From: Vicinamibacterales bacterium | GTDB taxonomy: Bacteria > Acidobacteriota > Vicinamibacteria > Vicinamibacterales > SCN-69-37 | Direction: 5' to 3' | Length of the DNA: 64,000 nucleotides | Assembly: GCA_035512575.1 (NCBI GenBank) | Contig: DATKDT010000078.1 | Coordinates: 32,896 to 96,895 of the forward strand | Part shown: one piece after another, positions 56,194 through 64,000 of the stretch | How positions within the stretch are numbered: position 1 is the first letter of the stretch | How the letters are laid out: the number at the start of each line of letters is the position of its first letter | The notes under the pieces: generated by a model | What the model was told of the DNA's origin: nothing | Databases searched by the model: none | Seen by the model: only the letters and a program-made list of their open reading frames with translations | Made by a program: the position numbers and the translations under genes

Positions 56194-59082
56194 ATGACCA
56201 CAGCCGTCACCCGTTTGCACGCCTGGGCCCGAGTCGCGATGCCTGTCATGGTCGCCGCGGCTTTGCTGTGCCTGGCGGTGGCGAACGTCGGCCTGCGCCG
56301 CTCGTTCGAAGGCGAGGTCGAAGACGGTGTGCTGTGGACGAGTGAGGGCGCTGACGTCATCGCGAGCGCCGTCGCGGAGGATGGACCGGGAGCCCGTGCG
56401 GGCGTCCGGGTCGGCGACCGGCTGCTCGCGATCGACGGACACAGGGTGGCATCGGCCGGTGATGTCCCGGTGTTGCTGCACGGCGTGGAGCGCGGCGATC
56501 GGCTGCGCTACAAGGTGCTGCGGCTCGAGGCGCAGGCGTACATCGACATCGACGTCCAGCCCGTGCCGCAGGGCAATCGCGCGCTCTACTACGTGCTGGC
56601 GGTCACGGGGATCTTCACGCTGCTGGTGGGCGCCGCCGTGCGGCTGCGCCGGCCGCAGGACCCGGCCACGCTGCATTTCTTCTGGCTCACGGTGGCGTTC
56701 TTCGGCGTCCTGGCGTTCTCCTTCAGCGGCCTTCTCGACACGCTCGACTGGGTGTTCTACTGGGCCGACGTCACGGCGCTCTGCCTGCTGCCGCCGCTCT
56801 TCGTGCACTTCGCGCTGGTGTTCCCGGATCGCCCGAACGCCTGGGTGCGCAGCGAGCAGGGCACGCGGCTGCTGCCGGCCCTCTACCTGCCGGCGCTGCT
56901 GCTGGCGGCCGCGCGCATCGCGCTGATCTCGCGCGGCGCGGGCGGCGACCTGTTCAGCGAGTTCATGGGCCGGCTCGACATGCTCGAGCTGCTGCACCTG
57001 TCGATCAGCCTGCTCGCGGGCCTCGCAATCATGACGCGCACGCTGCAGCGGCTGCGGTCGGTGACGGCGCGGCGGCAGCTGCGGTGGATTGTGTGGGGCA
57101 CGGCGGTCGGCGCGCTGCCGTTCGTCGCCGGCTATGCGTTGCCGACGTCGCTCGGCCGGTCGTCGCTGCCCGGGTTCGAGTTCACGGCCGCGCTCCTGGG
57201 GATCGTCCCGCTGGCCTTTGCGTCCGCCATCGTCCGCTGGCGGCTGATGGACGTCGAGGTGATCGTCAAGCGCACGCTCGCGTACGCGGCGGGGCTGGCG
57301 GCCGTGGCGGCGATTTACGGCATCCTGCTGCAGATTGCCACCGACGTCTTCCTCGAGGGCGATCCGAACGACGAGCACAGCAACGTCATTGCGCTGCTGG
57401 CCACGATGGTGGTGGTGCTGCTCGCGAACCCGCTGCGCGTCGCCATTCAGAACGCGCTCGATCGCCTCTATTACCGCGATCGCTACGACTACCGCCGCGC
57501 GCTGGTCGCCTTCGCGAGGGATCTGAACAGCGACCTCGACCTGCAGCGCCTGAGCGAGCGTCTGGTCGGACGCGTGCGCGACACGCTGGTCGTCGAGCGC
57601 ATGGCGCTGCTGGCGTTTGCCGACACGGACGGGCGCTTCACGCCGCTCGCGTCGCACGGCTTCGCCGAAGGCGAGCCCGTCATCGAGCCGGCCACCGAGC
57701 TGGCCGCGCGCCTGAAGGCGGGCCACATCGTGGTGGTGGACGAGGGGCCCGTGTCCACGTCGCGGCGCCTGCCGGTGGGCGAGCAGCTGCAGTGGCGCGA
57801 CCTCGGGGTGCACGCGTTCGTGCCGTGCGTGGCGAAGGAAGGCACGATTGCGGCCATGGCCGTCGGGCGCAAGCAGCCGGGCGAGCCGCTCAGCAGCGAG
57901 GACGTGACGCTGCTCGTGGCGGTCGCGGGACAGGTGGCCACGGCCGTCGAGAACGCGCGCCTCTACCGGCAGCTGCGGCAGAAGGCCGACGAGATCGATC
58001 GGCTCCGCGAGTTCTCCGACAGCGTGCTCGAGTCCCTCAACGAAGGCCTGCTCGTGGTCGACCTGGCCGATCGCATCGTGCGCTGGAACCGCCAGATGGA
58101 CGCCATGTACGGCGCCGCGCGCGCCGGCGTCGTCGGCCGCACGCTCGACGACGTGTTCGACGCGCCGTTCGTCGCGAGCCTGCGCGCGGCGCGGCGCGAC
58201 AGCGCCGCCGGCACCGCCTCGCTGTACCGCGTGCCGCTCGCCTCGCGCCACGCTGACAGCCCGCGCGCGCTGCTGCTGAACATCGCGCTGGCGCCGCTCT
58301 GCACGCCCGACGGCGCCACGACCGGCTCGATCATCGTGCTGCAGGACATCAGCTCGCGCGCGCAGCTCGAGGAGCAGCTGCAGATTTCGGAGAAGATGGC
58401 CTCGATCGGCCTGCTGGCGGCCGGCGTCGCGCACGAGGTGAACACGCCCCTCACGGGCATCTCGAGCTACACCCAGATGCTGCTCGAGAAAGCCGATCCG
58501 GACGACCCGCGCACCAAGGTGCTCGAGAAGATCGAGCGCCAGACGTTCAGGGCCGCGAAAATCGTCAACGGCCTGCTCAATCTGGCGCGGCCCTCGCAGG
58601 GCGAGTCGCTGCACGCGGTCGACGTCAACGCCGTCGTCAACGACGTCCTGTCGCTGCTCGAGCACCAGCTGAAGACCGGCAGCATCAAGGTGCGCAAGGA
58701 GCTGTCGGCCGCGCCGGCCATCGTCCACGGCATCGAATACAAGCTGCAGCAGGTGCTGCTCAACCTGCTGCTGAACGCCCGCGACGCGATGCCGAAAGGC
58801 GGCTGGCTGACCGTTGCCACGCGGTCCGACGGCGGGCAGGCCGTCGTCGACGTGTCCGACACGGGCGTGGGCATCCCCGGCGAGCACCTGGGCCGGATCT
58901 ACGACCCGTTCTTCACGACCAAATCGATCGGCCGGGGCACCGGCCTGGGGCTGTCGATCACCTACGGCATCGTGCAGGAGCACGGTGGTACGCTGGCTTG
59001 TGACAGCGCGGTCGGCAAGGGCACGACCTTCACGCTGGCGCTTCCGCTCGCCGCCGTCCGCGCGGGCGAAATCGCCAACTGA
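56194..59082 (+). CDS. Sensor histidine kinase (PDZ, multi-TM, GAF, PAS, HisKA, HATPase)
   Basis: PDZ-like GPGARAGVRVGDRLLAIDG; many TMs; AHEVNTPL, NARDAM, DTGVGI, FFTTK, GTGLGL. Start uncertain. Confidence 0.9.
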   Translation: MTTAVTRLHAWARVAMPVMVAAALLCLAVANVGLRRSFEGEVEDGVLWTSEGADVIASAVAEDGPGARAGVRVGDRLLAIDGHRVASAGDVPVLLHGVERGDRLRYKVLRLEAQAYIDIDVQPVPQGNRALYYVLAVTGIFTLLVGAAVRLRRPQDPATLHFFWLTVAFFGVLAFSFSGLLDTLDWVFYWADVTALCLLPPLFVHFALVFPDRPNAWVRSEQGTRLLPALYLPALLLAAARIALISRGAGGDLFSEFMGRLDMLELLHLSISLLAGLAIMTRTLQRLRSVTARRQLRWIVWGTAVGALPFVAGYALPTSLGRSSLPGFEFTAALLGIVPLAFASAIVRWRLMDVEVIVKRTLAYAAGLAAVAAIYGILLQIATDVFLEGDPNDEHSNVIALLATMVVVLLANPLRVAIQNALDRLYYRDRYDYRRALVAFARDLNSDLDLQRLSERLVGRVRDTLVVERMALLAFADTDGRFTPLASHGFAEGEPVIEPATELAARLKAGHIVVVDEGPVSTSRRLPVGEQLQWRDLGVHAFVPCVAKEGTIAAMAVGRKQPGEPLSSEDVTLLVAVAGQVATAVENARLYRQLRQKADEIDRLREFSDSVLESLNEGLLVVDLADRIVRWNRQMDAMYGAARAGVVGRTLDDVFDAPFVASLRAARRDSAAGTASLYRVPLASRHADSPRALLLNIALAPLCTPDGATTGSIIVLQDISSRAQLEEQLQISEKMASIGLLAAGVAHEVNTPLTGISSYTQMLLEKADPDDPRTKVLEKIERQTFRAAKIVNGLLNLARPSQGESLHAVDVNAVVNDVLSLLEHQLKTGSIKVRKELSAAPAIVHGIEYKLQQVLLNLLLNARDAMPKGGWLTVATRSDGGQAVVDVSDTGVGIPGEHLGRIYDPFFTTKSIGRGTGLGLSITYGIVQEHGGTLACDSAVGKGTTFTLALPLAAVRAGEIAN

Positions 59083-59099
59083 GGACCGACATTCCGCAC

Positions 59100-60521
59100 A
59101 TGACCCGTCCGAACTCCGCCAGCATCCTCGTCATCGACGACGAGGAGATCATGCGTGAGATTCTCGAGACGCTGCTGACGAGGGAGGGGTACGCCGTGCG
59201 CGCGGCGGCCACCGCCACCGAGGGCATCGAGCTCGCGAAGGCGATGCCGTTCGACGCCGTGATCCTCGACGTCATGCTGCCCGACATGAACGGCATCGCG
59301 GCGCTCGAGGAGATCAGGCGGGTCGACGAGGAGCTGCCGGTACTGATGATCACCGCCTTCGCCTCGGTCGAGACGGCGATCTCGGCCATGAAGCGCGGCG
59401 CGTTCGACTACATCACCAAGCCGTTCAAGAACGACGAGGTGCTGGTCGTCCTCAACAACGCGACCGAGCGCCGCCGGCTGGTCGCCGAGAACCGCGCCCT
59501 CAGGCAGAACCTGCAGGCGAGCGCGAACCGGTTCGGCGGCATCATCGGCCGCAGCGGCCGGATGCGCCAGGTCTTCGACATGGTGCTGCAGGTCGCGCCG
59601 AGCCGCGCGACCGTGATGATTCAGGGCGAGAGCGGCACCGGCAAGGAGCTCATTGCGCGCGCGCTGCACGTGCACTCGACGCGCGCCGAGAAGCCGTTCG
59701 TCACGGTGAACTCCGGCAATCTGCCGCCCGATCTTCTCGAATCGAATCTCTTCGGGCACGTGAAGGGCGCCTTCACCGGCGCCGTGTATCCGAAGAAGGG
59801 CCTGTTCGAGCTCGCCGACAAGGGCACCATCTTCTTCGACGAGATCGGCAACGTGCCGCTCGACACCCAGGCCAAGCTGCTGCGCGTGATCCAGGAGCGC
59901 GAGTTCATGCGGCTCGGCGGCGTCGAGACGATCCGGGTCGACGTGCGCATCATCGCGGCGACCAACGTCGACCTGCAGCAGATGATGGACGAAGGCCGCT
60001 TCCGGGAGGACCTGTACTACCGGCTCAACGTCATCAACCTGCAGCTGCCGCCGCTGCGCGACCGGAAGGAGGACATTCCGCTGCTCGTGCAGCACTTCCT
60101 CGAGAAGTACGGCGTCGAGAACCACAAGGCGGGCCTGGAGGTCACGCCGGAGGCGCTCGACGTCCTAGCCGACTACGACTGGCCGGGCAACATCCGGGAG
60201 CTCGAGAACACCATCGAGCGCGCCGTCGTGTTGGCGAACGTCCCCCGCATCGACAGCGATCTGATTCCGGAGAACATCCGCACCAACCGCTCGTTCCGGA
60301 TGCCGCAGATCAACGTGCCGCCGGAGGGCATTCCGTTCCGCGAAGTCGTGTCCGATTTCGAGAAGAGCCTGATCGAGTCGACGCTCGAGGCGGCGGGCGG
60401 CGTCCAGAAGCGCGCGGCGGAGCTGCTGCAGATCAAGCCGACGACGCTCAACGAGATGATCAAGCGGTACGACATCCACCCGAAGAAGCGGAAGGCCGAG
60501 GCCGAGTCGCCCGTCGAGTAG
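59100..60521 (+). CDS. NtrC-family sigma54-dependent response regulator
   Basis: Receiver domain (IDDE, LDVMLPD, TKP), GESGTGKE, GAFTGA, FREDLYYRLNV, WPGNIREL, Fis-type HTH. Confidence 0.95.
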   Translation: MTRPNSASILVIDDEEIMREILETLLTREGYAVRAAATATEGIELAKAMPFDAVILDVMLPDMNGIAALEEIRRVDEELPVLMITAFASVETAISAMKRGAFDYITKPFKNDEVLVVLNNATERRRLVAENRALRQNLQASANRFGGIIGRSGRMRQVFDMVLQVAPSRATVMIQGESGTGKELIARALHVHSTRAEKPFVTVNSGNLPPDLLESNLFGHVKGAFTGAVYPKKGLFELADKGTIFFDEIGNVPLDTQAKLLRVIQEREFMRLGGVETIRVDVRIIAATNVDLQQMMDEGRFREDLYYRLNVINLQLPPLRDRKEDIPLLVQHFLEKYGVENHKAGLEVTPEALDVLADYDWPGNIRELENTIERAVVLANVPRIDSDLIPENIRTNRSFRMPQINVPPEGIPFREVVSDFEKSLIESTLEAAGGVQKRAAELLQIKPTTLNEMIKRYDIHPKKRKAEAESPVE

Positions 60522-60525
60522 GGCG

Positions 60526-61800
60526 CTATCGCCGCCGTTGCGGGACGCTGGCCGCCGGCTGGCGCATCGCGGTGAACAGCTTCTCGTACTTTCCGATCAC
60601 GATGTCCCAGCGGTAGTTGCGCCGCACGTATTCGCGCCCGTTGCGCCCCATGGCCGTGCGCAGCCGCTCGTCTTCCATCAGCAGTGTCAGCGCTTCGACG
60701 AACTCGTCGCGGTCGCCGTAATAGAGGCCGGCGTTGCTGGCCTTGCAGTGCTCGGCGACGACCTCGCTGCGCGCATTGGCGAGCACCGGCGTGCCGACCG
60801 CGAACGCTTCGAGCGCCAGCAGCGACAGGCTTTCGAGCGGCGACGGGACGATGACGACCGTGGCGGCTTCGAGGGCCTGAAGGCGCTCCTGATCGGTGAG
60901 CGTGCCGCCGAAGCGGACCCACGGTTCCTCGGGAATGGGCATCAGCTTGGCGCCCATGAGGAACAGCGTGCTGTCTCCTCCCCCCGCGACATACGTCGCG
61001 AAGTACTCGAACAGCTCTTCGCAGCCCTTGCCGGGATCGATGCGCCCGCCGTAGAGCGCGAACTTGCCGTCGATACGGTGCCGTCGGCGGAAGAACGCGC
61101 CGCGCTGCCGGAGATGCGCGGGCAGCGGCTCGGGGCCGACGTCGTGATCGCCGGGATCGTCGGGATCGGACGTCGCGCCCTCGCGCAGCGGCGTGAGGTC
61201 GACCCCGCAGCCCACCACCTCGTCGGCGATGGTCCGGATCTCGAACGTGTCCTGCAGGAATGTCCGCTCGACGGCCGTGTTGTAGGCCATCGCGGCCGGC
61301 AGGCTGAAGACATCCTTGTAGATGCCCAGGTGAATGGCCGGCTCGTCGTGCGCGGTCGGGACGAGAATGCTGCGCGACGGATCGGCCCTGAGGCCGAGGA
61401 CGGTCGGCGCGTAGAGGTACGTGAAGAAGATCAAGACGTCGTAGCTTTGCGCGTTGCGCTCGAGGTACTCCTGCAGCGCCGGGCACCACGGCCCCTGCTG
61501 CTTGAGCCACTCCATCTCGTCCTGGCGCGAATGGTCGTTGTTGAAGATCCAGTCGCTGTAGGTGTTGAAGGCGGCGATGTCGCGCGTGCGCGCGTTGGCG
61601 AAGCGGCGCACGTTGACGCCCCGCACGCGGTCGGTGCCTTCCGGGTACTCGTTGGCCCACGTGACGTAGTCGCGCGCGCAGGTCGTGAGCACCTCGACCT
61701 GGTGGCGCGCGGCCAGCCGCTCGGCAATCAGCCGGCAGTGGTACTCCGAGCCTCCGAGGATCTCCGTGCCGTAGCGCTGGATGACGAAGCCGACCTTCAC
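60526..61800 (-). CDS. Glycosyltransferase family 4
   Basis: VIQRYG..I.GGSE, GRIDPGKG, PS..ESLSL..LEA...GTPV. GTG start at 61800. Confidence 0.9.
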   Translation of the reverse strand: MKVGFVIQRYGTEILGGSEYHCRLIAERLAARHQVEVLTTCARDYVTWANEYPEGTDRVRGVNVRRFANARTRDIAAFNTYSDWIFNNDHSRQDEMEWLKQQGPWCPALQEYLERNAQSYDVLIFFTYLYAPTVLGLRADPSRSILVPTAHDEPAIHLGIYKDVFSLPAAMAYNTAVERTFLQDTFEIRTIADEVVGCGVDLTPLREGATSDPDDPGDHDVGPEPLPAHLRQRGAFFRRRHRIDGKFALYGGRIDPGKGCEELFEYFATYVAGGGDSTLFLMGAKLMPIPEEPWVRFGGTLTDQERLQALEAATVVIVPSPLESLSLLALEAFAVGTPVLANARSEVVAEHCKASNAGLYYGDRDEFVEALTLLMEDERLRTAMGRNGREYVRRNYRWDIVIGKYEKLFTAMRQPAASVPQRRR

Positions 61801-62861
61801 GAGAACCTCGAGACAAGCGCGCGCAGGTCGCTGTCGACCCGCGCCGGCGCGAAATGGGCGGCGCGCACGCGTTGTCCTTCGATCACGCGCGTCCGCAGCG
61901 ATTCATCGTATATCACCTGCCCGAGCAGCTCGGCCGCCGGCTCGAAGTCCTTCGGCGAGAACATCAGGCCCGCGCCGCCGAGCGTTTCCGGCACCGCGCC
62001 CGCCTCGTAGGCCACGATCGGCACGTCCATCGCCATGGCCTCGACCAGCGGCGCGCAGAAGCCCTCGTGCTCGCTCAGCGACACGTAGGCGTGTGACGCG
62101 CGGTAGACCGCGGCAAGCTCCTCGTCGGGCAGCGGCCCGGTGAAGACGAAGCGCTCGGGCAGCATCTGAAAGCGATCGATCAGGCCGCGGATCATCGCGT
62201 AATAACGCGGCATGATGTCATGGCGGCCGACGAAGATGAAGCGGTACCGCGAGTCCACGTACCGCTTGTAGTGCTCGGCCAGCAGGATGTGGTCCTCGAT
62301 TTTCTTGTTGGGCACGATGCGGCCGACGAACAGGATGTTGGCCCAGTCGTCGGTCAGCATCTTCCGGACGGCCGGCCGGTCCGGCGCGTGCGTCAGCCGC
62401 TCGAGATCGACCGCCAGCGGCAGCACGCCCGTGCGCTCGAAGCCCATCGACTCGAGCTCCGCGCGATTGAACTCCGAGACGCCGAGCGCCAGATCGGGCA
62501 CGCCGACCAGCGTGGCCAGCTCCGCGCGGCCGGCGCGCGCGAGTCCGAAGACGCCCGCATCGAATGGCGCGAAGAAATGCGCCGGCGTGATGTTGTGGTA
62601 CACGAGCACGCGGCCCTGCGACAACCGCGCGAACGGCGCAGACAGGGGAGAGGGCAGCGCGTAGTGATAGATCGTGACGTCGGCGCGCCGGGTCTCGTCC
62701 TCCGACCAGGGCAGGACGTCGCCGCGCAGATCCTCGTCTATCGTCAGCGCGTAGATCTCGGACTGGTGCCCCTGCGCGCGCAGCACCGTCCGCATGCGCC
62801 GCGCGCTGTCGCCGACGGCATCCAGCCGGTGCGCCGCCGGTATCCATTGGTTAACGATCAA
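61797..62861 (-). CDS. Glycosyltransferase family 4
   Basis: YHNITP, FVGRIVPNK, SEHEGFCAPLVEAM. TTG start. Confidence 0.9.
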   Translation of the reverse strand: MIVNQWIPAAHRLDAVGDSARRMRTVLRAQGHQSEIYALTIDEDLRGDVLPWSEDETRRADVTIYHYALPSPLSAPFARLSQGRVLVYHNITPAHFFAPFDAGVFGLARAGRAELATLVGVPDLALGVSEFNRAELESMGFERTGVLPLAVDLERLTHAPDRPAVRKMLTDDWANILFVGRIVPNKKIEDHILLAEHYKRYVDSRYRFIFVGRHDIMPRYYAMIRGLIDRFQMLPERFVFTGPLPDEELAAVYRASHAYVSLSEHEGFCAPLVEAMAMDVPIVAYEAGAVPETLGGAGLMFSPKDFEPAAELLGQVIYDESLRTRVIEGQRVRAAHFAPARVDSDLRALVSRFS

Positions 62862-62881
62862 GTGAATCTCTCAATCGTCCT

Positions 62882-64000
62882 TCAGCGCTTCTCATCGGCA
62901 CCTGCGCGCTCGATGACGGAGGCCTCTGGAGGGGGCGGCAGCGCCTTGTACGCGGCGGGGCGATATTGCCGCAGCTCCTCGAGCGTCTCGGCCTCCTCGA
63001 ACTGCCGCCAGAAATCGAGCGTGACGTCGGGCATCGGCTTGCGCGGCGCGCTCAGCATGCGATCGAGATGGCCCAGCAGGATCCGGTCGAAGTCGCGCGT
63101 CCTGTGGCGCGTGAGCGACGCGTCCTGGCCGTCGAGGACGCCCTCGCGCAGCGCGCCGTCGGTGACGACGGCGTTGATGAGCGAGGCGACGAGCACCGGG
63201 TCCTTCTCCTCGAACAGCACGCCGGCGCCGTCCATCGTTTCCGGCACGGCCGTGGCGGCGTAGGCGATCACCGGCACGGCCTTGTGGAAGGCCTCGAGCA
63301 GCGGCACGCAGAAGCCTTCGTGCTCGCTGGCGCACAGGAAAATGTCGGCGACATCGTACAGCGCCGTCAGCTCCTGATCGCTGATTTGCCCGAGGATGTG
63401 GACGTCGGTGGCGCCCAGCGTCGCGACGAGGCCCTGCACCTGCGCGAGATAGCCGTCGAAGCCCGCGTACGAGCCCGCCAGAATCAGCCGCGACTTCCGG
63501 TTGTAGAGGCGCTTGTACGCGTGGAAGAAGCGGACCAGATCCTCCGGCTTCTTGTTGGGCACGAACCGCCCCACGAACAGAATGTTGACCCAGTCGTCGT
63601 CGAACTGCCCCGCGAGTGCGGAGTCCGGGTCGAGATCGAGGTGCGAGAAGTCGGGCACGACCGGCAGCACCGCCGTGGCGTCGAAGCCGTAGCGCTCGAG
63701 ATCCCCCCTGTTGAACTCGGAATCGCCGAGCGCCAGATCCACGCGCGGCACGTAGGCCGTCAGCTCGCGCAGGCCGCGGTAGCACTGCAGCATCAGCTGA
63801 GGATGGATGCCGACGTAGAACTCGGGCGGCGTGATGTTGTGATAGATCAGCGCCATGCGCGCGGGCAGCGCGAAGGCCGTGCGCGACGCGCGCGATCCCA
63901 GCGAAAAGTGATGGATCAGCACGTCGTCGGCCGTGACGTAGCCGGGGGCGTCGCGATAGTCGATGGTCAGGCCCTCCAGCCGCCGGTCGGCCGTTTCGAC
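62882..64000 (-). CDS. Glycosyltransferase family 4 (5' truncated by window)
   Basis: Frame open to base 64000; YHNITP, FVGRFVPNK, SEHEGFCVPLLEA; paralog of the neighbouring gene. Confidence 0.9.
   Translation of the reverse strand, partial: VETADRRLEGLTIDYRDAPGYVTADDVLIHHFSLGSRASRTAFALPARMALIYHNITPPEFYVGIHPQLMLQCYRGLRELTAYVPRVDLALGDSEFNRGDLERYGFDATAVLPVVPDFSHLDLDPDSALAGQFDDDWVNILFVGRFVPNKKPEDLVRFFHAYKRLYNRKSRLILAGSYAGFDGYLAQVQGLVATLGATDVHILGQISDQELTALYDVADIFLCASEHEGFCVPLLEAFHKAVPVIAYAATAVPETMDGAGVLFEEKDPVLVASLINAVVTDGALREGVLDGQDASLTRHRTRDFDRILLGHLDRMLSAPRKPMPDVTLDFWRQFEEAETLEELRQYRPAAYKALPPPPEASVIERAGADEKR

Overview
A GC-rich (roughly 70% by eye), densely coding bacterial chromosome segment with about 50 genes, two of them cut by the window edges. 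Gene content (acidobacterial-type VWA protein, secreted DinB-like protein, several TonB-related genes, HpnE) suggests Acidobacteriota, probably Vicinamibacteria; this is an inference. Most genes are housekeeping or envelope genes: hpnE, thiI, lacD, def, thyX, a LolA-like/MMPL/outer-membrane trio, serA/serC, pcnB, polA, inositol-3-phosphate synthase, acs, methylmalonyl-CoA mutase, gpmI, eno, glgC, a sigma54 two-component pair and three GT4 glycosyltransferases. I saw no rRNA, tRNA, CRISPR array, transposase or phage genes. Most interesting: (1) a divergent candidate c-di-GMP receptor module (degenerate GGDEF plus HTH, opposite an orphan MshEN-PilB ATPase and a J-domain protein); (2) a probable selenoprotein missed by the ORF track, with a SECIS-like hairpin 11 nt after the UGA; (3) palindromic elements inserted in frame in acs, gpmI, eno and an outer-membrane gene; (4) 7-mer and 8-mer tandem arrays that fill intergenic spacers and supply RBS or start codons; (5) many leaderless-type and bidirectional -10 promoters; (6) four candidate sigma54 promoters; (7) a TonB with an N-terminal HTH-like domain; (8) a Pol I with Tyr at the E. 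coli Phe762-equivalent position. All calls come from motif reading by eye; no searches were run.
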